DNA from: an uncultured Gammaproteobacteria bacterium | GTDB taxonomy: Bacteria > Patescibacteriota > Patescibacteriia > UBA10025 > JAHIVO01 | Direction of reading: 5' to 3' | Length of the DNA: 64,000 nucleotides | Assembly (NCBI GenBank): GCA_964415025.1 | Contig: CAYPXF010000004.1 | Coordinates: 9,138 to 73,137, forward strand | Shown: positions 8,828 to 17,288 of the stretch, in pieces | Position numbering within the stretch: the stretch's first letter is position 1 | Layout: each line of letters starts with the position of its first letter | Program-made: the position numbers and the translations under genes | The notes under the pieces: generated by a model | The model's input: only the letters and a program-made list of their open reading frames with translations | What the model was told of the DNA's origin: nothing | The model's database searches: none

Positions 8828-9964
8828 CTACTTAGCCAGACTCTGGTAAAGCTTCACTGTCTCACGGGCCGCCTTGTCCCAGTTAAATAATCGGGCTTGC
8901 TTCTTGCCGCGTGTCACCAACTTCTGCTGTAACGTTTTGCTGTCTAGCAGCTGCTGCATGGCCTTCACTATGTCAATCTCTTTGTCCGGATTTACAAGCA
9001 GCGCGGCATCGCCTGTCACTTCTGGTAGCGAAGATATGTTACTGGTAATAACCGGTGTGCCCAGGGCCATCGCTTCCACTACCGGTAAACCAAATCCTTC
9101 ATACCGTGACGGAAACACGAAGCACACTGCCTGCTTAATCAGCTCCATTTTCTGATTATGGGTGATATAGCCGGTGTATTTTACCTGACGAGACAGCTTC
9201 AGTGACTTGATTTTATCAAACACTAAATCGCTCTTATGCCCCTTGGCGCCAGCGATGACCAGCTGGTATTTCTTATACCGGGCTCCCTTGGCAATTAATT
9301 TTTTATACGCCGTGAGCAGCGCCAGTAAATTTTTCCGCGGCTCAAGTGTGCCGACGAAAAATAAGTACGGCCTAGTAATCTTAAATTTTTTCAGTTCATC
9401 AATTTTTTTATTCTTCACCGGAATCTTCTTAGCCTCGACGCCTTCATAAATAACTTGTATCTTCGCCGCTGCAACATTGAATAAGGCTTGCAGGTCGTGT
9501 TTGGTACTTTTTGACACGGCAATGATTTTATCTGCCTTGCGCAGGCTCTGGGGTACTAAAAGCTTGGTGCTAAATATCTGCGATGGAAACCAGGAGGGAT
9601 TTTTATATATGGCCAAATCATGGACGGTGATGACTGATTTTTTCGGATACGTCAGTGGCAATGATGAAATCGGCGAATGAAAAATATCCAGGCCTGATTT
9701 CACGATATAGGCAGAAATAAGCATGTGGGAGTAGGCAAACGGCAGAAATTTATTATACTGGGAAAACGGGAAGTTTTTTATCTGGACGTTTTTCTGCTCG
9801 AATTCTTTCATATCACGGAACCGCCAGTCAAAAAACAGGACATATTTATTCTTTGTATCTGTTTTCAAAATATGTCTGACCAGATAATAGGTATAGTGGC
9901 CGACGCCAGCGCGTTCGCCTGATTTTGGATTAAGAATTGTTCTGCAATCGATACCTATCTTCAT
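8828..9964 (-). CDS. Glycosyltransferase family 4 (GT-B)
   Basis: MKIGID start, ITVHDL, VGTLEPRKN, FVFPSRYEGFGLPVVEAMALGTPV. Confidence 0.93.
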   Translation of the reverse strand: MKIGIDCRTILNPKSGERAGVGHYTYYLVRHILKTDTKNKYVLFFDWRFRDMKEFEQKNVQIKNFPFSQYNKFLPFAYSHMLISAYIVKSGLDIFHSPISSLPLTYPKKSVITVHDLAIYKNPSWFPSQIFSTKLLVPQSLRKADKIIAVSKSTKHDLQALFNVAAAKIQVIYEGVEAKKIPVKNKKIDELKKFKITRPYLFFVGTLEPRKNLLALLTAYKKLIAKGARYKKYQLVIAGAKGHKSDLVFDKIKSLKLSRQVKYTGYITHNQKMELIKQAVCFVFPSRYEGFGLPVVEAMALGTPVITSNISSLPEVTGDAALLVNPDKEIDIVKAMQQLLDSKTLQQKLVTRGKKQARLFNWDKAARETVKLYQSLAK

Positions 9965-10094
9965 GCTCAATATCTAATTAAGAATTTCTAATGTCTATCA
10001 AAATCCCAATAAACTAATGTCTAATTAAATAATTTATTCATTAATTATCAGGTATTGATTAGAAATTAGTTATTAAGGAATTAGAAATTTTTCA

Positions 10095-11744
10095 TTACAT
10101 CTGTTCCGGCGCCTTGACGCCTATAGTATGAAGTACGTTTTGTAGGACAATCTGCGCGGCCTGTATCAGTTTAAGTCGTCGCTGATTAACCTTGTCTCCC
10201 TCTATCACCTGACACTGGGTATAAAAGTCATGAAAGGCTGTGGCCAGTTCCAGTGCATAAAACGGGATCCGATGCACGTGGTACGTCTGCGCAATATCAG
10301 CAATATGTTCCGGCCATTGTAGTAGTTTTTTTATGAGCTTTACTTCGCTTGGATGAAGCTGTTGTCCACGCGGCCGTACTTGTTTTGCCCCGTGTAGTTG
10401 CTTGGCCTTTTTCAGTATACTACATATCCGGGCATGTGCATACTGGACATAGTAAACCGGGTTTTCTTTGCTTTGCTGCCGGGCCAAGTCCATGTCAAAA
10501 TCCATGTGCGTATGTGCATCATGCATCAGGAAAAAGAAACGGGCCGCATCAATACCCACTGCTTCGGTCAATTCATCGAGCGTGACAAAGGTACCAGCAC
10601 GCTTCGACATCTTCACCTCTTTTCCCCCGCTCATCAGCCGCACGAGCTGAACAATAATTATATCCAGTTTGCCTGACTGTCCGAATATATTCATGGCTGC
10701 CTGCATCCGCCCAACGTAGCCATGATGATCCGCCCCCCAGATATTGATAGCCTTATCATACGAGCGGCGCACCAACTTATCCCAATGATAGGCCAGGTCT
10801 GACAAAAAATACACTGGCTCTTGGTTAGACTTTATCAGTACACGATCCTTGCTATCGCCATAATGCGATGTCTTCAGCCAGATGGCGCCTTCTTTTTTAT
10901 ACAGCAGCCCTCTTTCTTTCAGTAACTGGAGTATGCGGTCAACTTCCCCGGATTCATATAATGATTTTTCTGAAAACCATTTGTCGTAGTGTGCTTGCGC
11001 CTGTTTTTCTAAATATTTTCTGATCTGACCGAGCATTTTTTCCAAAATGCGACCTTTAATCTTATCGCGAACTTGTTCTAATTTATCCGCGTTGTTGAGT
11101 TTATAGTTGGGCACGAATAATTTTTCCGCCAATTCCCGGACATACTCGCCCTGATAACAATACTCGGGGTATTCAATCCGAATTCCTTGCTGCTGCCAAT
11201 AACGACGCAAAACTGATTCAGCCAATATGTCGACCTGGTTACCCATGTCATTGACATAGTACTCACGATCAACAATATATCCGGCCAGGTTCATGACGCG
11301 CGCCAGTGTATCCCCCATAAACGCGCCGCGACCATTGCCCATGTGCAGCGGACCGGTGGGATTAGCTGACACAAACTCTATTAATACGCGCTGCCTCGCG
11401 CCAATATCAGAGCGGCCAAACCGTTCCTGCTGACGTATGATAACGCCGGTTTGGCGGGATAGCCAGCGCCAGTCTAGAAAAAAATTCAAATGTCCGGGCG
11501 GTACCACTTCGATCCGATCAATAGCCGGAATGCTGCCGAGCTTGGATTTGATCGCTTCAGCTATTGCCTGCGGTGACTGCTTGGCGATCGGCGCTAGCTG
11601 CATCGCCAGCGGACTGGAATAATCACCGAACTTATCCTCCGGCGGATAGCTGACCGCTGCCTGCAGCTGTTGTTCCGCTGCCACGGAATAGAGCTGATAT
11701 GCGGCTTCTCGTAGCTCTTGTGCTAATTCCTGTTTAATATTCAT
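10095..11744 (-). CDS. argS: Arginyl-tRNA synthetase
   Basis: EFVSANPTGPLHMGNGRG, EYYVND.GNQ, WGADHHGY, KMSKRAG, YYVQYAHARICSI. Confidence 0.97.
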   Translation of the reverse strand: MNIKQELAQELREAAYQLYSVAAEQQLQAAVSYPPEDKFGDYSSPLAMQLAPIAKQSPQAIAEAIKSKLGSIPAIDRIEVVPPGHLNFFLDWRWLSRQTGVIIRQQERFGRSDIGARQRVLIEFVSANPTGPLHMGNGRGAFMGDTLARVMNLAGYIVDREYYVNDMGNQVDILAESVLRRYWQQQGIRIEYPEYCYQGEYVRELAEKLFVPNYKLNNADKLEQVRDKIKGRILEKMLGQIRKYLEKQAQAHYDKWFSEKSLYESGEVDRILQLLKERGLLYKKEGAIWLKTSHYGDSKDRVLIKSNQEPVYFLSDLAYHWDKLVRRSYDKAINIWGADHHGYVGRMQAAMNIFGQSGKLDIIIVQLVRLMSGGKEVKMSKRAGTFVTLDELTEAVGIDAARFFFLMHDAHTHMDFDMDLARQQSKENPVYYVQYAHARICSILKKAKQLHGAKQVRPRGQQLHPSEVKLIKKLLQWPEHIADIAQTYHVHRIPFYALELATAFHDFYTQCQVIEGDKVNQRRLKLIQAAQIVLQNVLHTIGVKAPEQM

Positions 11745-11843
11745 GATTGTAGTATACTGGAAAACATACCATAGGCAAAGTTGTCATCTGTTCATTTCTT
11801 TGTTACACTGGAATAATTTATGCACTTTAATAAAGGAGGAATT

Positions 11844-12308
11844 ATGTCTTCTGATTCGGTTACGCACCAACCGCCTCTGAATTTAATACAAGCCTATATT
11901 GCTTATGTTCTTCCTGATAGTGATGCTTTAATCGAACAAGAGGATAACGGGCAGTCCTACATGCTCAAGTGTGGAATCCTGACGATATGTTATGGCGATC
12001 AGGATGATGAATTGTTTCAAATCGTTATCGATAATGAGCTGGCTCATGAGCTGTTCAATATTATGCATTTCGGTTGTGACGAATGGTCAAACCCGGATAT
12101 TCAGTCAATTCTTATCCTCGAAAAAGACGACCACTATCAAGCAGCCTTTAAAATGAGTACCCAGCACAGCCCCAGCCTACTACCAACCCTGGCACACGGA
12201 CTGCGGATGTATGCCATCGCACATAAAACAGGTCGGCCCCTGCCACTATTTATTGATGAAAACATCATCCCGCTGTTTGAAGCAGATCCAGATGATGTGA
12301 TACACTAA
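11844..12308 (+). CDS. Hypothetical acidic protein
   Basis: AAAGGAGG SD before ATG 11844; TTGTCA-N17-TACACT promoter at 11781-11809; terminator immediately downstream. Confidence 0.7.
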   Translation: MSSDSVTHQPPLNLIQAYIAYVLPDSDALIEQEDNGQSYMLKCGILTICYGDQDDELFQIVIDNELAHELFNIMHFGCDEWSNPDIQSILILEKDDHYQAAFKMSTQHSPSLLPTLAHGLRMYAIAHKTGRPLPLFIDENIIPLFEADPDDVIH

Positions 12309-12335
12309 CTCGTCCCTCGTGGACGAGTTTTATTA
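12307..12335 (+). terminator. Intrinsic terminator
   Basis: AACTCGTCC-N5-GGACGAGTT followed by T-run. Confidence 0.7.
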
Positions 12336-12363
12336 TCCAACCTAATTACGATATACTATATAC

Positions 12364-12810
12364 ATGCCCAGAATAACTACAAATAAGCAAGCACTCCATA
12401 ATTACCAGGTCTTGGAAACATACGAAGCCGGCCTGGTCTTGAACGGTGCTGAGGTAAAATCAGTCAAAGCCGGACAAATCAATCTCAAGGGCAGCTATGT
12501 CAGTATTCGTGATGAACAGATGTGGCTGATTAATGCCCATATCAGCCCCTATCGCCCGGCCCGGCACAGAGAATACAATCCCACGCATGACCGCAAATTA
12601 CTATTACATAAAAAAGAGATCGCCAGCTTGATCGGTAAACTTAAACAAAAAGGGTTGACATTACTGCCGATTTCTGTTTATACTAAAGGGAGTCTGATAA
12701 AGGTCGAATTGGGTTTATGCCGCGGTAAAAAACAACATGATAAGCGAGAAACTATTAAAAAACGTGAATCTGACCGCCGGATCCGTAGATTATTGAGAAA
12801 CAAGGCATAG
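12364..12810 (+). CDS. smpB: SsrA-binding protein SmpB
   Basis: YEAGLVL.GAEVKS, RKLLLHKKEI, GLTLLP, RGKKQHDKR; adjacent to tmRNA. Confidence 0.97.
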   Translation: MPRITTNKQALHNYQVLETYEAGLVLNGAEVKSVKAGQINLKGSYVSIRDEQMWLINAHISPYRPARHREYNPTHDRKLLLHKKEIASLIGKLKQKGLTLLPISVYTKGSLIKVELGLCRGKKQHDKRETIKKRESDRRIRRLLRNKA

Positions 12811-12851
12811 ACTGCCGCGCTTAATAGCAAACAGCGGGTTTGCTCTGAAGC

Positions 12852-13257
12852 GGGGGCGTTTATAATCGACAGACGCACTTTGATATAAGCCGCAAGCCGT
12901 CCGACGTTCGCTGACGACGTAAAACTCATGCCGGGCAAAATGACAAATGCCAAAACATTTGTAAGCAAAGTGAAAACCGCATTTGCTAACGCATTTGCGC
13001 CTTCCTTTGCGCCAGTAGTCGCCTAAAACCGGCTGCCATCGCTCTCCTGATGCTCGATAGGGAAATCGCGGTGTTATAATTCGAGTGTAGACGGCTGGTT
13101 TAGGCTTTTACAGACGTTGAATTTCTAATGAAGCCTGTTGTTATACGGATTTTGCTTATTTTTGACCGTATGGCAGAAATATTTAAATAAGCTACGCTTG
13201 TAGACGCTGGTATCATGTCGTATCTGGACAGGGGTGCAACTCCCCTCGCCTCCACCA
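12852..13257 (+). ncRNA. ssrA: tmRNA (one-piece)
   Basis: 5' GGGGGCG pairs with 3' CGCCTCC-ACCA including the G3.U Ala identity pair; TCGAC after the D-like loop; T-arm AGGGG-TGCAACT-CCCCT; tag ORF at 12949-13026; follows smpB. Confidence 0.93.
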
Positions 13258-13518
13258 TTCGACTCGCCACATTCTGTGGCTCGCTCATGGTCTCTGACCA
13301 ACAACCCTATTCATAATGGTACTTCAAGTTTAATGCAGCGAGTCGAATAGTGGGCTGAATGAAGCTGAAGCCCATAGTAGCTCGACTCCTCGCTAATGCT
13401 CGTCGCTCGTGGTCTTCGACCAAGAATAGTCAAAAAAAATGAGTACTTTTTTAAACAAAGTCGAGTGGTGGGCTAAGCGAAGTCCCTGAGTATAACCGAA
13501 GGGACGAAGCCGAAGCGC
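13252..13518. repeat. REP-like palindromic repeat cluster starting at the tmRNA 3' end
   Basis: CCACCATTCGACTCGC (13252-13267) is inverted-complementary at 15/16 positions to 13338-13353; a second imperfect unit spans 13381-13471; GTCCCTGAG-N6-CGAAGGGAC hairpin at 13482-13505. Confidence 0.7.
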
Positions 13519-13527
13519 AAAATAATT

Positions 13528-13798
13528 ATGTTTTACTATCTCTACATCTTCGCAGTACAATGATGGTGAACTATACTCGGGCACATCAGATAATTTAAAA
13601 AACAGACTTACTAAACATAAACGTGGTAAATGACCTAATTTTACCAGAAAGAGATTACCATTGAAGCTTGTATATTACGAAACATTTACAACACTCGTAG
13701 CCGCCCGCCGACGTGAACGACAGATAAAAGGGTGGCGCAGGGAGAAAAAAATAAACCTTATTAAACACGGTCATCCGACCAAAAAGAAGAAGACCTAA
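13528..13798 (+). pseudogene. GIY-YIG nuclease (UPF0213-like) pseudogene
   Basis: MFYYLYI, then a frameshift, then NDGELYSGTSDNLKNRLTKHKRGK*PNFTRKRLPLKLVYYETF...ARRRERQIKGWRREKK; one frameshift and one in-frame TGA. Confidence 0.85.
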
Positions 13799-13815
13799 CC
13801 AACTAACACACCCCT

Positions 13816-14361
13816 ATACGAAAACGTAGACCACAACCACAAAAAAAGAAGATCAAACGACTGCGAGTCAATCAGCAGATCCGGGTACCAGAAGTGCGTT
13901 TGATCGACGACGAAGGCAATCAGCTCGGTGTTGTTGATATCCGCCGGGCCCAGTCCCTGGCCAATGAGCGGGAACTTGACTTGGTCGAGGTATCACCAGT
14001 TGCTGAACCGCCAGTCTGTCGTATCATGGACTACGGTTCATATCAGTACCAACAGGAGAAAAAGGAACGTAAGCAAAAAGCCAAGCAAAAAAAGATTGAA
14101 ATCAAAGGTGTCAGGCTTTCACTTAAAATCGGACCGCATGATCTAGAACTCCGTAAAAACCAGGCGCTGAAATTCCTGGAAAAGGGCAATAAAGTCAAGG
14201 TTGAGCTCATCCTGCGCGGCCGTGAAAAAGCGCATGCTGATCGGGCCAAGGAGCTCATGCGTGATTTTGCCAACACCCTCCAGGAAGAAACAGAGCTGCT
14301 TACCGAAAAAGACGTTTCCCGGCAGGGCGGCCGTCTGTTCATGATTGTGGCCAAACAATAG
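13816..14361 (+). CDS. infC: Translation initiation factor IF-3 (non-canonical ATA start)
   Basis: RVNQQIRVPEVRLID, LDLVEVSP...PPVCRIMDYG, LRGRE. The conserved N-terminus extends upstream of GTG 13894 to ATA 13816, and an in-frame TAA lies at 13804. Confidence 0.93.
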   Translation: MRKRRPQPQKKKIKRLRVNQQIRVPEVRLIDDEGNQLGVVDIRRAQSLANERELDLVEVSPVAEPPVCRIMDYGSYQYQQEKKERKQKAKQKKIEIKGVRLSLKIGPHDLELRKNQALKFLEKGNKVKVELILRGREKAHADRAKELMRDFANTLQEETELLTEKDVSRQGGRLFMIVAKQ

Positions 14362-14435
14362 CCACCAGCAGGCCATACTTGCATTACTCATGCTTTTTTT
14401 ATATACTGCTATCACTATATATTAATACAATTACC

Positions 14436-14636
14436 ATGCCGAAACTGAAGACACATAAGGCAACAGCCAAACGTTTCCGCTATACGGGTACGAAAAAGAT
14501 CAAGCGTCGTAAAACTGGCCAGGATCATTTCAATGCCCGGGAATCTGGCAAAAAAAAGCGCCGCAAGCGGCGTGATGTTACTGCTGCCGCCACCGAGAAT
14601 AAAATTATCAAGCAATTAACACCGTACAAGAAATAA
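14436..14636 (+). CDS. rpmI: 50S ribosomal protein L35
   Basis: MPKLKTHKATAKRF; between infC and rplT. Confidence 0.95.
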   Translation: MPKLKTHKATAKRFRYTGTKKIKRRKTGQDHFNARESGKKKRRKRRDVTAAATENKIIKQLTPYKK

Positions 14637-14640
14637 CCAT

Positions 14641-14982
14641 ATGCGAGTCAAACGAGGTACTACCCACACCAAACGCCGCCGCAACCTGCTGAAAAAAACA
14701 AAAGGATATAGATGGGGACGCAAGAAAAAGGTAAAAGAAGCAACCACTGCCGCGCTCAAGGCAGGCGCTCATGCGTATCGCGACCGCCGCGTTAAGAAGC
14801 GGACCATGCGTCAGCTCTGGAACGTCAAGATCAATGCTGCAGTCAGACAGCATGATATGACTTATTCTCAATTCATAAATGCGCTCCGGAAAAAGAAGAT
14901 CGAGCTGGACCGCAAAGTATTGGCTGACCTGGCTGCCAACCACCCGAAAATTTTTGAGGCTATCATCAAAGAGGTAAAATAA
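14641..14982 (+). CDS. rplT: 50S ribosomal protein L20
   Basis: MRVKRG, AYRDRR.KKR..RQLW...INAA, LDRKVLADLA. Confidence 0.97.
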   Translation: MRVKRGTTHTKRRRNLLKKTKGYRWGRKKKVKEATTAALKAGAHAYRDRRVKKRTMRQLWNVKINAAVRQHDMTYSQFINALRKKKIELDRKVLADLAANHPKIFEAIIKEVK

Positions 14983-15028
14983 TCATATTACAACAAAATA
15001 CCGCTAGTACTCCTAGTGGTATTTTTTA

Positions 15029-15105
15029 TGGCGGAGCGGACGGGACTTGAACCCGCGACCTCTGCCGTGACAGGGCAGCGTTCTAGCCAACTGAACTACC
15101 GCTCC
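15029..15105 (-). tRNA. tRNA-Asp(GTC)
   Basis: Cloverleaf GGAGCGG...CTGCC-CTGTCAC-GGCAG...TTCAAGT...CCGCTCC-G-CCA; CCA encoded. Confidence 0.96.
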
Positions 15106-15284
15106 ATACATATACTGGCAGCAGTATGAAAGCATAATAACAGAATAATATTCTCTTGTCTAGTGCTGCCTTCATGAGGATGCCTGATTCAGCAGCACGC
15201 AGCTTCTATGCATATTGGTGCTTTTTAAGCGCGTAAAAGGCGACCTTTTATGGGCCACTTTTTTATTTTTATACTTTGTAACTG

Positions 15285-17267
15285 TTATTGTATAACGCCG
15301 TCCGCCAATATGACCACATTGCTGCAGGCAACTTGGTCGGCCTGGTCTACCACGCAGACTGAATAATAGTGCGTCCCAGCCGACAGCATAGCTGCGGTCT
15401 TTCGTGTTCCAGCTGTTGAGCCGTCGTCCTCATATACTGTCGTATCCGCATTTGATAAGGCGGTCAAATAGCCATCAGTGGGATATTCAGGCGTGCTGTC
15501 CTCATCAGACCAGACAACTTTATAATATTTGAAGTCATTTTCTGTAGAAACGTTCCAGCTCAAGCTGATTGCCCCGTCAGTATAGCTCGCTGACAGTGTA
15601 ACAGCATCAGGCTCGGTATTGCTATTAATAGCTGTTGCCTGCACTACATTACTGCAGTACACCTCATCACCAACAGCACATACACGATAATAATAGCTGG
15701 TGCCTTTGACTGAAGAATAATCTCGATACGAGTTAATACTGGCGTCCTTAGCGGCCAGATAGCCGTCATCGGGGTACGTGAGGTTGGCATTTGTTTTTGA
15801 CCGGACGACTTTATAGTATTTAAACCCCAGCACATCCGAAGCGTCAGTCCACCAGATTCCCACGCCACTGTCCTCTGCCTTGGCTGAAATAACCGGTCCG
15901 GTATCTTGTGGCGCTTTTTCCTGGGCAGTATCAGCGTTTTGCTCTTTATTTTGCTCCTGATGCTGTATTTCACCCTGATTGGCTTCCTGATTTTGCTCTG
16001 TATGTTCTGCCTGATTCTTTTTGCCGAGCATATGCACTACATTGGAACAAAACACCTTATCACCGGACATTACTTCACAGACGCGGTAATAGTATGCTTT
16101 ATCAGCACTGACATCAGTATCGACATAGCTTTCTTCATCAGCATTTTTGAGGACAATATAGCCGTCATCAGGATAATCGAGGTTGGCGTTTGTTTCCGAA
16201 CGGACGACTTTATAGTACTGGAATGTCTCGTTTACCGATGCGTTCCAGGACAAATGCACGCCGTCTGACTGTGTGTCAGCTGTTAGCTGTATGGGGGTAG
16301 CTGACGCTCTGGCCTGATACTGCACTTTTATCTCTTTCAGCGACCTATGGCCATCAGTATCAGTAGCGATAATAGTAATTATGTTTTTACCTGCAGACAG
16401 CATTATAGCTGCTGAAAATGCCCCGCTGTCGTTCACCATCACCGTTTCACCATTGACCGTTACCACAGCAGCCGGATCAGCCACACTCCCCATCACGTTG
16501 ATCGGTGACGCGTCACTCTTATATCCATTTACCGGGCTAGAAATAGTGACGGCCGGACCAGCGTATTCAGATAATACCCCGAGCTTATCAGTTTTTTTAG
16601 AATCTTCCTCTTTGTTCCAGGTATACCATTCGTTTTCAAGTTTAGTCGTATCCATATCCTCAACAGCCACCGCCTGTTCCTGCTTTCGGATGCGGGCGGT
16701 TTTGCCCTCTTGTACCTCATTCTGTACTGCAGTGGTATTAATTTTTACCTTACTTTCGACAACATTGACATTAACTGTTGCGTCTTCCTCGACAACATCA
16801 AACGCGGTGCCCAGCGCGGTCACCGTGATATCGTCTACTACCACCTTGTAGCTGCGCTGTACGTCCTTGGCGACCCTGTTATAGCTCGCGCCAGATACCT
16901 GGGCAATGACAATCTGACCGGTTTGTAATGTGGTTAACGCTGCTTCTGTATTATACCCGAGACGCACTACGTCGCCATTTTCTAATTCGATGATTGCTTT
17001 ACTATCTGCTCCAGTGCGGACACTATCTCCCTGATGCAGCACTGTATCGGTTTCCACGGTCTGCCAATCAGCCCCGTCTTTTCGCGCCTCTACCGCGCCC
17101 TGCTGGTACGACAATGTGGCCACAATATCGCTCTTGGCCATCGGTTCAACATACGTTTTTGGGGTAATGTCTTCCTGGTTTTGGTAATACCACCAGGCAC
17201 CGCCGCCAATCACCGTAGACACTACAACCAAAATAAGGACTAATAATGATACTTGCTTGTTTTTCAT
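15285..17267 (-). CDS. Membrane-anchored FecR-domain protein with Ig-like and three FN3-like repeats
   Basis: TM; LHQGDSVRTGADSKAII...RLG..T and ALGTAFDV (FecR-like); three F(K/Q)YYKVV.S...YP.DGY...YY.VC...CSNVV repeats. Confidence 0.8.
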   Translation of the reverse strand: MKNKQVSLLVLILVVVSTVIGGGAWWYYQNQEDITPKTYVEPMAKSDIVATLSYQQGAVEARKDGADWQTVETDTVLHQGDSVRTGADSKAIIELENGDVVRLGYNTEAALTTLQTGQIVIAQVSGASYNRVAKDVQRSYKVVVDDITVTALGTAFDVVEEDATVNVNVVESKVKINTTAVQNEVQEGKTARIRKQEQAVAVEDMDTTKLENEWYTWNKEEDSKKTDKLGVLSEYAGPAVTISSPVNGYKSDASPINVMGSVADPAAVVTVNGETVMVNDSGAFSAAIMLSAGKNIITIIATDTDGHRSLKEIKVQYQARASATPIQLTADTQSDGVHLSWNASVNETFQYYKVVRSETNANLDYPDDGYIVLKNADEESYVDTDVSADKAYYYRVCEVMSGDKVFCSNVVHMLGKKNQAEHTEQNQEANQGEIQHQEQNKEQNADTAQEKAPQDTGPVISAKAEDSGVGIWWTDASDVLGFKYYKVVRSKTNANLTYPDDGYLAAKDASINSYRDYSSVKGTSYYYRVCAVGDEVYCSNVVQATAINSNTEPDAVTLSASYTDGAISLSWNVSTENDFKYYKVVWSDEDSTPEYPTDGYLTALSNADTTVYEDDGSTAGTRKTAAMLSAGTHYYSVCVVDQADQVACSNVVILADGVIQ

Positions 17268-17288
17268 ACTATAAAAATATATTATTAA

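Noticed and set aside
13631-13633. In-frame TGA in the GIY-YIG gene as evidence of UGA-to-Gly recoding (code 25)
   Set aside because: prfB is present, intact genes end in TGA (for example glnA), long ORFs read through under code 11, and the same gene also has a frameshift.
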